Source: Candidatus Aminicenantes bacterium UBA647 (lineage in GTDB: Bacteria > Acidobacteriota > Aminicenantia > UBA2199). From it: a stretch of DNA of 64,000 bases. The number at the start of each line of letters is the position of its first letter. The first letter of the stretch is position 1. The notes under the pieces are model-generated. The model had not been told where the DNA came from. It saw only the letters and a list, made by a program, of their open reading frames with translations, and did not search any database. The translations under genes were made by a program, and so were the position numbers. Location of the stretch: positions 1,310 through 65,309 of the forward strand of contig DBOL01000107.1 of the NCBI GenBank assembly GCA_002299555.1, read 5' to 3'. Shown piece after piece: positions 16,974-27,352 of this stretch.

Positions 16974-18692
16974 TCATATAAATTTTGCCCCTGAAGTAAC
17001 CTCGGAAATATTAAAAGATTCAGATCTCAATCCGTCAAGATAGTTGTGTAAATCCATGATCTGCAAAATAGGCACATCACAGATCATCTCCTTCTCTAAA
17101 CGACTAAACAGCATTTTCTTTGATTCTTTTATCTGCTTTTTTATCCTTCTGTTTATTACCTGCGCTCTGTTCAGCAAATTCTCTCCACTTCCATATTTTG
17201 CAAATGAGGAGAATGACTCTTTGAAGAATTCGACATTTGCATCTAAAATATCAAGAATTGAAAGTTTCATTTCTTCCTTGATGACCAGTTTTTTTCTATT
17301 CATTTTATCTGAGATCAATGCAATGTGTTCAAGATTATCTCCGAATTTTTCCAGATTGTGGGTTAGTGTCAGAAGATCGCCAATATAATGTGAATCTTTC
17401 TCTGAGAGGGAATGGGAAGATAGTGTTACCAGGAATTCAGTTATATGCTTCTTGTAACTATCCAGATGTTTCTCAATGTTAAGAACTTCATCGCAGATCT
17501 CCGATGAATTATTTTCTTTCTCTACAAGATCTCTTACATGATCGGCACTGGAACAGATAAGTTCATACATTCTGTCTATCTTTTTTTCAGTTTCTGCTAT
17601 TCCTATTGTGGGTGTATCTACAACGTGGGCCTCAATGTGAGTGAAATCATGAATTTCCATAGATTTCAAACCTTCAGGTTCAGGAATTATTTTTTCACAT
17701 ACTTTTACCAGAACAGGTATCAGGAAAGTGAAAAATATTACATTTGAAACATTGAAGATCGAATGGGCAGCTGCAATATGTGAACCTATGAAAGGTTTAA
17801 CTCCTATTCCCACCCCATATTTTATCGCATCACTGCTGTTGCTTACCGTAAAGTTTGCTAATCCCGGTATGACCTTTTCCACAAAACTTACAAAAGGGAA
17901 GAATGCAACTATCATGATCATAACACCGAGTACGTTGACCAGCGTATGAGCAATTGCAGCTCTTTTAGCATTGTAGTTTGCACCAATACTTGCAAGGAGG
18001 GCTGTAATTGTTGTCCCGATATTTTCACCGAGGATAAGTGAAACAGCACCTTCAAAACCGATGAGGCCTTGAGACGCAAGAGCAATAGTGATCCCTATGG
18101 TTGCTGAACTGGATTGGACTATCAATGTAGTAACTGCACCTATAATAATTCCTGAAAAAATAGAAAAATAGCTCATTCCGTCAACTTTCATGAACAGATT
18201 TATAAACTCTTCAGATTCTCTCAATGGTGCAAATCCGATTTTCATTGTCTGCATCCCCAGAAACAACAGACCAAAACCGAAAATAATTTCACCCACATGC
18301 TTCCAGGTATCATTCTTGCTGAAAAACCTGATAAACACTCCTACCCCGATCAAAGGCATAGAATATTTCACTACTTTCAATGTTACAAGCCATCCTGTGA
18401 TCGTAGTTCCTATATTTGCTCCCAGAATCACACCTATTGCCTGCTGAAGTCCCATTAAAGATGCATTGACAAAACCAACTACCATCACCGTTGTTGCACT
18501 GCTTGACTGAATTACGGTTGTAACAAGAAGCCCCACAGTTATTGCAAAAAATCTGTTGGATGTGATCAGATTCAGGGTATTTCGAAGTTTATCTCCAGCG
18601 GTCTTTTGCATTCCTTCAGACATAAGCTTCATCCCCATAAGAAATAATCCGAGTCCACCAAAAGCCTGAAAAAAAATACTCATCCAATCCAT
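16974..18692 (-). CDS. Na/Pi cotransporter family protein with PhoU-like C-terminal domain
   Basis: 572 aa. FGGLGLFLMGMKLMSEGMQKTAGDKLR and the duplicated QSSSATT/QSSSATI blocks are diagnostic of the NptA/YjbB family. Confidence 0.85.
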   Translation of the reverse strand: MDWMSIFFQAFGGLGLFLMGMKLMSEGMQKTAGDKLRNTLNLITSNRFFAITVGLLVTTVIQSSSATTVMVVGFVNASLMGLQQAIGVILGANIGTTITGWLVTLKVVKYSMPLIGVGVFIRFFSKNDTWKHVGEIIFGFGLLFLGMQTMKIGFAPLRESEEFINLFMKVDGMSYFSIFSGIIIGAVTTLIVQSSSATIGITIALASQGLIGFEGAVSLILGENIGTTITALLASIGANYNAKRAAIAHTLVNVLGVMIMIVAFFPFVSFVEKVIPGLANFTVSNSSDAIKYGVGIGVKPFIGSHIAAAHSIFNVSNVIFFTFLIPVLVKVCEKIIPEPEGLKSMEIHDFTHIEAHVVDTPTIGIAETEKKIDRMYELICSSADHVRDLVEKENNSSEICDEVLNIEKHLDSYKKHITEFLVTLSSHSLSEKDSHYIGDLLTLTHNLEKFGDNLEHIALISDKMNRKKLVIKEEMKLSILDILDANVEFFKESFSSFAKYGSGENLLNRAQVINRRIKKQIKESKKMLFSRLEKEMICDVPILQIMDLHNYLDGLRSESFNISEVTSGAKFI

Positions 18693-18789
18693 TCAATTCA
18701 CCTCAAAAATTTCGCAAATTTATTTTATTAAAAAAGAGAAAATCATATTCGAATATCAAAATTGATTGTATAAAAAAAGTTAAGAAATA

Positions 18790-20007
18790 TCAATATGTTT
18801 TCGGAGCAATGTATTCTTTCCCGGGATCAAGGATCTGTCCATATCCTGAATTCCAGAGCTCTTCAAATAAGGAATCAAGTATTGATGCAACCTTCTTAAG
18901 TTTTATTACAACTTCCACATTCCTTGAATCATAAAAATACCCTTTCCCCCAATTGCTGGTCCCTACCCACGAAATATGATCATCCACTCTCATTACTTTG
19001 GAATGGATCACCCTTGAATAAGGTATGAACCCCTTACTGTATTCAGGTATCGTAAAAACCTTTACAACTACCCCCCTGATCTTTGCAAGAGCTTTTATCG
19101 ATCCAATACCGGGTTTTTTCAGGTTCCAGTCAGCTACTGCAAACCTTATCTGAACTCCCCGGCCGGCAGCTTTTGCAATTACCTCATAAAGTTCTGTAAA
19201 TTCTTTTTTACTTTTATATATCTGCGTTTTATAATTCAATAATTGTATTGTAATACTGCTTTTTGCCCCATTGATTAATTTTTTCAACATTTTCAAAGAG
19301 CTTCCTACACCCGGAGGGTTGAATCTCTCAGGACTTGCTGTAAGGATCAAATTATCATCTCTGCTTTTCTCCGGATCTCCACCTTGAAATGAGTATGCTG
19401 TTTTATCACCACTATTATACTTCCAATCTGCTTCAAAGATCCTCTTCAGGTCAGAAACAATACCGGGTTCACTGATCCTCAGGCCCGTCTCATGAATATG
19501 TTTTAATGCACGCCAATCAAAATTCTGGCTTCCAATGAAAACCTCTCTATCATCTACAATAAAATATTTAGCATGAATTATTCCTCCATTCAGTCCCCCC
19601 CAATCAAAAATGGTAATAGAGATATTTGGTATTGTTTCAAGTCTTGTTTTAAGGGGTTCGGAATTATTGAGCATTTTTTTGTCAATAAGAAACCTGACAG
19701 CAACACCTCTGGCAGAAGCCTTTTTCAATGACTCGATCACAAGCTCAAGAGGCTCATTTTTTTCTGTAACAAGATAGAATTCGGCGAAATCGATAGTTCT
19801 TTCTGCACTATTGATCATTTCCACCCAGACTTCAGAAGCTCTCCTGGTACCCTTACCGGTCAAAGAGGTCTCGACAGGGATCGAAGTTACAACCTCTACA
19901 TTCCGAACAACCTCTGAAGCTGAGATATGCAGGCTCAAGGAATTGGAAAAGAATATAAGAACAATTATTATTAATACTTTTTTTGTAATCAGATCAGTTC
20001 TGCTCAT
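18790..20007 (-). CDS. Exported phospholipase D-family protein (two HKD motifs)
   Basis: 405 aa with a signal-like N-terminus. HKD motifs: HAKYFIVDDREVFIGSQNFDWRAL and HSKVMRVDDHISWVGTSNWGKGYF. Confidence 0.8.
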   Translation of the reverse strand: MSRTDLITKKVLIIIVLIFFSNSLSLHISASEVVRNVEVVTSIPVETSLTGKGTRRASEVWVEMINSAERTIDFAEFYLVTEKNEPLELVIESLKKASARGVAVRFLIDKKMLNNSEPLKTRLETIPNISITIFDWGGLNGGIIHAKYFIVDDREVFIGSQNFDWRALKHIHETGLRISEPGIVSDLKRIFEADWKYNSGDKTAYSFQGGDPEKSRDDNLILTASPERFNPPGVGSSLKMLKKLINGAKSSITIQLLNYKTQIYKSKKEFTELYEVIAKAAGRGVQIRFAVADWNLKKPGIGSIKALAKIRGVVVKVFTIPEYSKGFIPYSRVIHSKVMRVDDHISWVGTSNWGKGYFYDSRNVEVVIKLKKVASILDSLFEELWNSGYGQILDPGKEYIAPKTY

Positions 20008-20091
20008 GAGATTGAATATATCAAAATTGGACCGGTTTTTAAAGGATTATAATAATTGAACAAAAAAATTGTTTGTGATATAAGGAAGATT

Positions 20092-21825
20092 ATGCTGATC
20101 TCTGCAATCAGAAAATTTTTCAGGGAACTTTCAAAAGCACCAATCATAAATGGCAATTTCGTAAAAGATACATCTGAAGAAATTTATATACTGAAAAATA
20201 TTGCAATACTAAAATTTATGGCCTCATTCATGATTTTTCTACTCACTTTCTACGGCCTTTTTTCAATATACAATAAAAACTACGTTAACGGCATCGTGGA
20301 CCTGTCTGCCGCATTTATTATGCTCTTCATACTTATCCTCCTTATAAAGATACAGAATTATGCTTTTGCTTCAAAAGCGATAATTATTTATATGCTGGTT
20401 CTTACATTGTATTTTTTCCATTTCGATGAACCCGGTCGAGGATTATATCTATGGTCACTTTGTGCACCTCTTTTCTTAATATTTTTTTTGAGGATACGAG
20501 AGGGGACAATTATATCAGTTATATTTCTGACCCTCAATATTTCTTTGACCCAGTTAAATATATTCCCATCAGTATACTCAGGAAAATTCCTTATACGATA
20601 TGCAGGTGTTTACATTACAATTATATTGATGTCACATATATATGGAAGAATTCAGGAGCATAACAGGAGGGGACTTGAATCTACAAATCTTACTTTGAAT
20701 GATATGATCAACACACTATCAACCACAAAGAAGGACCTTCAACAAAGCGAAGAAAGATACAGAGCACTTGTAGAGAATAGTAACGATGGTATCGGGATAT
20801 TAAGAAATTTCCATTTTATATATTCAAACACAAAATTAACCGAAATGTCAGGATTTTCCAGAGAAGAACTTTTAACAAAACCTCTGTCAAAAATACTTAA
20901 ATCTAATAGTCAGGAAATTTCACAAAAGATCTTTGACAACGAGACCTGGTCCGGATTGCCCCGCGACAAGGTTGCCTTGACACTGAAGACAAAAGAGGGA
21001 GAGATTATTGAAGTTGAAATAGGAACAAATACGATAGAATATGAGGATGAACAATCCCAACTTATATTCATTAAAGATATAAGGGATAGAAACCTGGTGG
21101 AAAAAGAGCGGACAAAGATCTCCAACCTTGAATCATTCCGGATGGTTGCAAACGGGGTTACACATGATTTCAATAATATTCTTACAATAATCATGGGAAA
21201 TCTTGAACTTATAAAATTCAACACTGAAGGAAATGAAAAGCTGGCAAAACCTCTCAAAAAGATAGAAGAAGCTTCGGGAAGAGCATCCGACCTTCTTGAT
21301 GATCTCTACATTTTCTCTACCAGTTCCATAAAGGAAGAAAGCCGCGAGAAAATTGCAGAATTAATAGAAGCAATTCTCGAACCCCTTCAGGCCGAGTACT
21401 CAGATGCGGAGTTTAATATGGAATTCGATGATGATCTGTGGTTTCTCAGATGTGACAGGAAACAGATATGTATAGCGATGAAAAACATACTACTGAATTC
21501 TCTTGATGCAACGGAAGGGAAAGCATATATTGATATCTCCGTATCCAATTTTCTCAATCAGAATAGAGTTGTCCCGTCTCTGAAGAGCAAAAAATTTCTG
21601 AAGATCTCTATAAAAGATTTAGGCAAGGGTATTCCGGAGGAGAATCTGGAAAGAATATTTGACCCTTACTTTTCAACCAAGGGAAATGTTACCAAAAAGG
21701 GGATCGGGCTGGGCCTTGCAATAGCCAATAAGATCATACTGGACCATCATGGATTGATAAAAGTACAATCAAAAACCGGCTCCGGTACGACCTTCGAAAT
21801 ATTTCTCCCCGCCGAGATAAATTGA
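20092..21825 (+). CDS. Membrane-bound PAS sensor histidine kinase
   Basis: ORF 20056 (TTG)..21825; first ATG is at 20092. Multi-pass hydrophobic N-terminus, then a PAS region (ERYRALVENSNDGIGIL). H-box-like THDFNNILTIIMGNLELI. HATPase_c G-boxes DLGKGIP and GIGLGLA. Confidence 0.8.
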   Translation: MLISAIRKFFRELSKAPIINGNFVKDTSEEIYILKNIAILKFMASFMIFLLTFYGLFSIYNKNYVNGIVDLSAAFIMLFILILLIKIQNYAFASKAIIIYMLVLTLYFFHFDEPGRGLYLWSLCAPLFLIFFLRIREGTIISVIFLTLNISLTQLNIFPSVYSGKFLIRYAGVYITIILMSHIYGRIQEHNRRGLESTNLTLNDMINTLSTTKKDLQQSEERYRALVENSNDGIGILRNFHFIYSNTKLTEMSGFSREELLTKPLSKILKSNSQEISQKIFDNETWSGLPRDKVALTLKTKEGEIIEVEIGTNTIEYEDEQSQLIFIKDIRDRNLVEKERTKISNLESFRMVANGVTHDFNNILTIIMGNLELIKFNTEGNEKLAKPLKKIEEASGRASDLLDDLYIFSTSSIKEESREKIAELIEAILEPLQAEYSDAEFNMEFDDDLWFLRCDRKQICIAMKNILLNSLDATEGKAYIDISVSNFLNQNRVVPSLKSKKFLKISIKDLGKGIPEENLERIFDPYFSTKGNVTKKGIGLGLAIANKIILDHHGLIKVQSKTGSGTTFEIFLPAEIN

Positions 21826-21925
21826 CCCACTTATAATCGTTATATATTTTAATTTAATTGCTCCAAATCCTTGACCGGTATCATCTCAAACAATATAATC
21901 ATACATCCAATTCAAAGGAGGCAAA

Positions 21926-23119
21926 ATGAAAATATCCGCCAGGGGCGAATCGATTCAGGATTCACCAATAAGAAAACTATCACCTGTTGCTATCAAAACA
22001 AAAGAAGCAGGGAAAAAAGTATATCATCTTAATATCGGACAACCGGATATCCCAACCCCTCCGGAGTTTTTTGAAGCTATCAGATCCTACTCAGAGAAAG
22101 TTTTGTCCTACGGTCCATCAGATGGAATAAATGAACTCAAAGATGCAATGATCAATTACTTCAAAAGGTATGACATTGATCTTATGAGAGAGAACCTTAC
22201 AATTACATATGGTGGAAGTGAAGCTGTATCATTTGCCTTCAATATAATCGGAGATCCCGGGGATGAAATAATCATTCCTGAGCCCTTTTATACTAATTAT
22301 AACGGATATGCAACAATGTCAGACCTGAAGATCGTTCCGGTACCGACAATGGCTGAGACTGGATTTCATCTTCCTGATATTTCTGAGATCGAAAAAAAGA
22401 TTACCAGCCGTACCAAGGCTATCCTTATTTGCTCTCCTAACAACCCTACAGGCACTGTATTCAGCGAGGAAGAGATACGTAGTCTGGGAGAAGTTGCTAA
22501 AAAGCACGATCTTTTCCTTATTGCTGATGAAGTGTACAAAGAATTCACCTATGACGGAATCAGACATTTCAGTGTTCTTGAGATAGATGAACTGAGAGAG
22601 AACGTAATTGTTGTAGATTCGATCTCAAAAAGGTATTCCTCCTGCGGAGCAAGGATCGGCGCTATGATCACAAGGAACAAAGATGTAATGGTATCTGTCC
22701 TTAAATTTGCACAAGCAAGACTTTGCCCCCCTACTCTTGAACAATTGGGCGCTGCTGCTACATACAAACTTCCCCATTCATATTTTGAGGATATCAAGAA
22801 AGAGTATCAGCTGAGGCGCGATACTCTTTATGAAGTTCTTACAGCCAACAAAGATATTGTCCTTAGAAAACCTGAAGGTGCTTTTTATTTAATGGCAAAA
22901 CTGCCTGTTGACGATTCTGACGATTTTGCAAAATGGATGCTTGAAAGTTTTGATGTCGACGGTGAAACGGTAATGGTTGCTCCCGGAGGAGGGTTTTATT
23001 CCGCCGAAGGAGAAAGGACAGACGAAATAAGAATTGCATATGTTCTGGATTCATCAAAACTTAAAATTGCAGGAAAAATAATTCTCGAAGCGATCCGGGA
23101 ATATAACAAAAAATCATAA
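21926..23119 (+). CDS. Class I/II PLP-dependent aminotransferase (aspartate/aromatic type)
   Basis: 397 aa. NIGQPDIPTP, CSPNNPTG and the PLP-lysine block DSISKRYSSCGARIG. Confidence 0.85.
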   Translation: MKISARGESIQDSPIRKLSPVAIKTKEAGKKVYHLNIGQPDIPTPPEFFEAIRSYSEKVLSYGPSDGINELKDAMINYFKRYDIDLMRENLTITYGGSEAVSFAFNIIGDPGDEIIIPEPFYTNYNGYATMSDLKIVPVPTMAETGFHLPDISEIEKKITSRTKAILICSPNNPTGTVFSEEEIRSLGEVAKKHDLFLIADEVYKEFTYDGIRHFSVLEIDELRENVIVVDSISKRYSSCGARIGAMITRNKDVMVSVLKFAQARLCPPTLEQLGAAATYKLPHSYFEDIKKEYQLRRDTLYEVLTANKDIVLRKPEGAFYLMAKLPVDDSDDFAKWMLESFDVDGETVMVAPGGGFYSAEGERTDEIRIAYVLDSSKLKIAGKIILEAIREYNKKS

Positions 23120-23156
23120 AATTCTTTTTTTCCTGTCATTCTGATATAATCTGCCT

Positions 23157-23546
23157 ATGAAAAAGGGTTTTACACTGGTCGAGGTTCTAATTGTAATGAC
23201 AATAATCGGTATATTATTGTCGATTGTGATCCCTCAATATCAAAATTCGATAATAAAAGCAAAGGAAGCTGTATTAAAGGAGAACCTTTTTCAGATAAGG
23301 GATTCCATTTCAAAGTATTACAGAGATAAAAACAAATACCCTGTTTCTCTTGAAGACCTTGTGGTTGCCAGGTATTTCAGGAGTGTCCCGGTTGATCCCT
23401 TCTCAAATGAATCGAATTGGGAATTGATAAGAAATGAGCCGATCGATTTTGAAGACTTCGACATGGAAGATGCAGAAGGGATAGTCGATGTTAAGAGTAT
23501 TTCTAATAATCCGAGAGAGGAAGGGAAAAGTTATAGTGAATGGTAA
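23157..23546 (+). CDS. GspG-like type II secretion pseudopilin (prepilin-type N-terminal methylation domain)
   Basis: MKKGFTLVEVLIVMTIIGILLSIVIP has the G/FTLVE cleavage-methylation motif with Glu+5. The DP-containing C-terminal region is typical of GspG. Confidence 0.75.
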   Translation: MKKGFTLVEVLIVMTIIGILLSIVIPQYQNSIIKAKEAVLKENLFQIRDSISKYYRDKNKYPVSLEDLVVARYFRSVPVDPFSNESNWELIRNEPIDFEDFDMEDAEGIVDVKSISNNPREEGKSYSEW

Positions 23547-24036
23547 GAATGGCTACGCTCTTATAACTGTAATTATTGCTGTTAATATATTTGCTGTATT
23601 TTCACTCATGGCCGCGTCCATGTGGCAAAGAGAGATCGGAAGAGAAAACGAGAAGGAATTGATCTTCAGAGGGAATCAGTATGTCAAAGCTATTGAAAAC
23701 TTCAGAAGGAAATATCCAAATACATTCCCCAAGGATATAGAACTGCTGGAAAAAGAAAGATTTATAAGAAAACTATATGAAGATCCGATAAGCGATTCAG
23801 GCAAGTGGAATTATGTTATGAAAAGTAGTAACGTAAACAATAAAGTATTCTTGATAATTCCACCAGAATTCCTCTCAAAATATATAAAATCCTACAATTT
23901 GATCGGAGTGTCCTGCGGATCTGTAGATGAGAGCTATATGATATACAGAGGAAAGAACAGATATGACGAATGGGCATTTTATCTTGGACAGAAGGTTGAT
24001 CAGGAGATGCCTAATCTCAAGTTCATAAACAATTAA
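23539..24036 (+). CDS. Pseudopilin-like protein with non-canonical N-terminus
   Basis: ORF 23488..24036; the plausible start is GTG 23539 (VNGKNGYALITVIIAVNIFAVFSLMAA), overlapping the upstream stop. A hydrophobic prepilin-like helix is present but Thr replaces Glu+5. The later block (YPNTFPKDIELLEK...YEDPISDSGKW) resembles GspG-type globular domains. Confidence 0.45.
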   Translation, partial: NGKNGYALITVIIAVNIFAVFSLMAASMWQREIGRENEKELIFRGNQYVKAIENFRRKYPNTFPKDIELLEKERFIRKLYEDPISDSGKWNYVMKSSNVNNKVFLIIPPEFLSKYIKSYNLIGVSCGSVDESYMIYRGKNRYDEWAFYLGQKVDQEMPNLKFINN

Positions 24037-25178
24037 TGAAAAATATTCTGATAGTAGCTGCAGAAAATTCGGCGGAAAATTATGGTTCAAAAATTATTGA
24101 TCAGTTTAATCTAAGTGATCGTAAAGTATCATTTTTTGGAGCCGGAGGTGACAAACTCAGGGGGAAAGGGGTAGAACTGATCGTTCACAGCAGAGAGTTG
24201 TCGATAGTAGGAATTGTTGAGGTCATCTCTAGTATCTTAAGACTCAAGAAGATCATGAACAATATTCTTGATTCCTGTAGAAAAAAAAGAGCCGCTGGCG
24301 CAATATTGATAGATTATCCCGATTTTAACCTGAGACTGGCAAAGAAACTTAAAAAAGCCGGTATCCCCGTTTACTATTATATCAGCCCTACAGTATGGGC
24401 GTGGAGATATTCGAGGATAAAGATCATCAGAAAATATGTTGATCATATGTTTGTGATTTTCCCATTTGAGCAGGATATCTATGATAAAGAAAAAATACCT
24501 TATACATATACCGGGCATCCGCTTATCCCTTCTATCAGGATAAACAAAGAGAGAGACGTGTTTAGAAAAGGGCTGAATATCAGAGATGAGGAAAAAATAC
24601 TTTTACTTCTTCCCGGAAGCAGACTATCTGAAATAGAGTCATTACTCCCTGAGATGTTGAGTACTGTAAAAAAATTAAGATCACAGAACAAATTTAAAGC
24701 AATTATCCTGAAAGCTGACAATATCAATGATGAGATATTTAAGAAGATAATTGATAGTTCCGAAGTTGAAGTGGATATTATAAACCAGGATAACAGATAC
24801 GATCTGTTCAATGCCTCCGATGTCGCTCTTGCAAGTTGTGGAACCTCAAATCTTGAATTAGCTGTATCCGGACTCCCCTTTGTTGCTGTTTATAAAGTTA
24901 ATAAATTATCTTACCTCCTCGGGAAAGGATTCCTCAAGATCTCACTTTATTCTATTGTCAACATTCTTCTTAAAAAACAAGTAGTGAACGAGTTTATCCA
25001 GAAAGAATTTACAGCAAAAAATTGCGCTAAAGCTGTCAGCACTCTCCTTAATGATCAGGATAAAGCTGATGAACAGAGGAGGGAATTTCTCGGGCTGAAG
25101 GCAATGCTATCGCTTAAATCTCAACCATCTGAGATCATATCCGGCAAGTTGATTTCTCTTATATTTGGAAACAAATAA
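24036..25178 (+). CDS. lpxB: Lipid-A-disaccharide synthase LpxB
   Basis: 380 aa. MKNILIVAAENSAENYGSKII, LIDYPDFNLRLAKKLKKAGIPVYYYISPTVWAWR and GTSNLELA are GT19 LpxB blocks. The ATG overlaps the upstream TAA by 1 nt. Confidence 0.9.
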   Translation: MKNILIVAAENSAENYGSKIIDQFNLSDRKVSFFGAGGDKLRGKGVELIVHSRELSIVGIVEVISSILRLKKIMNNILDSCRKKRAAGAILIDYPDFNLRLAKKLKKAGIPVYYYISPTVWAWRYSRIKIIRKYVDHMFVIFPFEQDIYDKEKIPYTYTGHPLIPSIRINKERDVFRKGLNIRDEEKILLLLPGSRLSEIESLLPEMLSTVKKLRSQNKFKAIILKADNINDEIFKKIIDSSEVEVDIINQDNRYDLFNASDVALASCGTSNLELAVSGLPFVAVYKVNKLSYLLGKGFLKISLYSIVNILLKKQVVNEFIQKEFTAKNCAKAVSTLLNDQDKADEQRREFLGLKAMLSLKSQPSEIISGKLISLIFGNK

Positions 25179-25241
25179 TTCACTAAATAATTATATTGAC
25201 TTTTTGTTCTACTTGACCAAAAATTACCTTTGGAGGAAATA

Positions 25242-26456
25242 ATGGATGACAATTCTGGAAGCTTTGATATTGCCGTGATCGGAGGTGGAATAGTAGGAAT
25301 GGCAACAGCTCTTGCTCTGTCAGAAACATGCAAGGGGAAGATAGTCGTACTTGAGAAAGAGGACAAACTAGCCAAACATCAAACCGGTCATAATAGCGGA
25401 GTTATTCATTCCGGCCTTTATTACAAACCCGGTTCATTAAAAGCATTAAATTGTGAAAAAGGGAGAGAGATGCTCTACACTTTTCTGAAAAAAGAAAATA
25501 TTCCTCATGATAGGTGCGGTAAGCTTGTTGTTGCCACTAATGATGAAGAGATCCCCTATCTTATGAAATTAATGGAGAGAGGAAAAGAGAACGGTCTCAA
25601 AGGGTTAAAACTTTTAACTGAAGCAGAGATCAAGGAATATGAACCTCATGTTTCCGGAGTGAAAGGTATGCTGGTCCGTGAAACAGGGATAGTTGATTAT
25701 AAAGTAGTTACTGATAAATTCGGAGAAATATTTGAAAAAAATGGCGGAGTAATAAAGTTGAATTCAAAAGTAAAAAAGATCTCCCGTAATGGTGGTGAGA
25801 TAATTTTACATACTCCAAAAAGTAAAATAAAATGCAGATCACTGATTAATTGTGCTGGACTATTTTCTGATAGAATAGCCAAAATGGCAGGAATTGATCC
25901 GGGTTTGAAAATTATACCTTTCAGAGGTGAATACTATGAGGTTAAAGAGAGTCATCATCATCTTGTGAAGAATCTTATTTATCCTGTGCCCGATCCAAAG
26001 TTTCCATTCCTCGGAGTCCACTTTACCAGGATGATCGGCGGAGGTGTTGAGGCCGGTCCGAATGCTGTCACAGCATTTAAAAGGGAAGGATACAAAAAAT
26101 TGGATATTTCTATTCGTGACATGCTTGATTTTGCTTTATACGGTGGTTTCTGGAAAATGGCTAAAAAAAACTGGAGGATCTCAATTGATGAATATAAGAG
26201 ATCATTTTTTAAACCTTTATTTGTTAAATCACTTCAGAAACTAATCCCGGAGATAAAAGGGGAACACCTGGAGAGCAGCCCTGCAGGAGTCAGAGCTCAA
26301 GCCCTGGAACCTGACGGATCCCTTGTCGATGATTTCCGGATAGTTGAGGCGGAGCATATGGTTCATGTACTTAATGCTCCCTCTCCTGCAGCAACAGCAT
26401 CTCTGAGTATCGGAGAATCAATTGCAGAATTAGCAAAAAAGAATTTCGGGTGTTAA
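25242..26456 (+). CDS. lhgO: L-2-hydroxyglutarate oxidase (FAD-dependent)
   Basis: ORF from TTG 25230; ATG 25242 follows GGAGGA. FDIAVIGGGIVGMATA, HQTGHNSGVIHSGLYYKPGSLKA, PFRGEYY, FLGVHFTRMIGG and NAPSPAATAS closely track E. coli LhgO/YgaF as I remember it. Confidence 0.85.
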   Translation: MDDNSGSFDIAVIGGGIVGMATALALSETCKGKIVVLEKEDKLAKHQTGHNSGVIHSGLYYKPGSLKALNCEKGREMLYTFLKKENIPHDRCGKLVVATNDEEIPYLMKLMERGKENGLKGLKLLTEAEIKEYEPHVSGVKGMLVRETGIVDYKVVTDKFGEIFEKNGGVIKLNSKVKKISRNGGEIILHTPKSKIKCRSLINCAGLFSDRIAKMAGIDPGLKIIPFRGEYYEVKESHHHLVKNLIYPVPDPKFPFLGVHFTRMIGGGVEAGPNAVTAFKREGYKKLDISIRDMLDFALYGGFWKMAKKNWRISIDEYKRSFFKPLFVKSLQKLIPEIKGEHLESSPAGVRAQALEPDGSLVDDFRIVEAEHMVHVLNAPSPAATASLSIGESIAELAKKNFGC

Positions 26457-26468
26457 GACAGCGGAATT

Positions 26469-27248
26469 CTACCTGTTAACAGATCCGAACACCCGTTTTA
26501 ATAATGCAGTAGTTCTGGCTAGCGGACTTTCCCTTATCTTTTTCTCTTCTCCACTGAGTTTAAGAAATAGTGCATCGAGAGCCCTTCCTGTAACATATTC
26601 ATCCAATTTGTGATGAAGAGGTTTTATTCCGGTAAGTTTTCCTGCTATTGATCTTGCAACACTATTATATTTGTTTGTAAATAACTCCCAGGAGCGGTTG
26701 GTTGAAAGGTTCCCGACTAGCTTCTTATCCAGCGATTTCCTGACTTCCGGTTGAAAAAGATTGTAAAGACTGCCATGTGTCTTTCCATGAAGATATTGAG
26801 TTGCCGCATTGTCATTACCACCCAGGATATCAAATGCATCTCGTATTGTCAGAGATGTAATAGCATCAACAAATATAGGAACTGCTTTTGTTACAGCAAA
26901 TTCGGCCGCCCGGTTTAATCTGAGAACCAGATCATCGATAAGTTTTCTTCCCGCCGGTATCTTTATGATCAGTTTAACTGCCTTCGCTGCTTCTGATGGC
27001 AGAATGATCTTTACTGCATCGTCCAGCAAAAACCCGTTCTCTGTTGAGAGTCCTGATACCGCAATCTTTGTCCCTATTGTAAGCGCCTCTTTCAGTCCCA
27101 TAGAAACTTCAGAAGAACTCAAGGGGCCGGAACCTAATGATCTCTCCAGAATCTCACCCATTTGCGCACATGAAACAAGAAGAACCAAAGCTATTACCAG
27201 TATAACGATCTTAATTATTATTCCATTTTTCATCCATATCTCCTTCAA
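26469..27248 (-). CDS. DUF4197-family lipoprotein
   Basis: Lipobox LLVSC. GLKEALTIGTKIAVSGLSTENGFLLDDAVKIILP is typical of DUF4197. An alternative start lies at 27233 (MKNGIII). Confidence 0.6.
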   Translation of the reverse strand: MKEIWMKNGIIIKIVILVIALVLLVSCAQMGEILERSLGSGPLSSSEVSMGLKEALTIGTKIAVSGLSTENGFLLDDAVKIILPSEAAKAVKLIIKIPAGRKLIDDLVLRLNRAAEFAVTKAVPIFVDAITSLTIRDAFDILGGNDNAATQYLHGKTHGSLYNLFQPEVRKSLDKKLVGNLSTNRSWELFTNKYNSVARSIAGKLTGIKPLHHKLDEYVTGRALDALFLKLSGEEKKIRESPLARTTALLKRVFGSVNR

Positions 27249-27352
27249 TGGATTTTAGAAGATCAGAATAAATTATTCAATTGATAAGTGCAAGACTGTT
27301 TTCCCTTGACATATAGCGGATAAAAAAATATATTAGTCGATTGAGGATTAAT

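Noticed and set aside
20056-20091. N-terminal extensions produced by TTG/GTG starts in the ORF track (for example 20056, 2618, 5477, 7957, 10797, 25230, 27341, 35728, 37943, 41018, 44759, 51619)
   Set aside because: In each case a downstream ATG has a better Shine-Dalgarno context or coincides with the conserved family N-terminus or signal peptide. The coordinates were trimmed accordingly.
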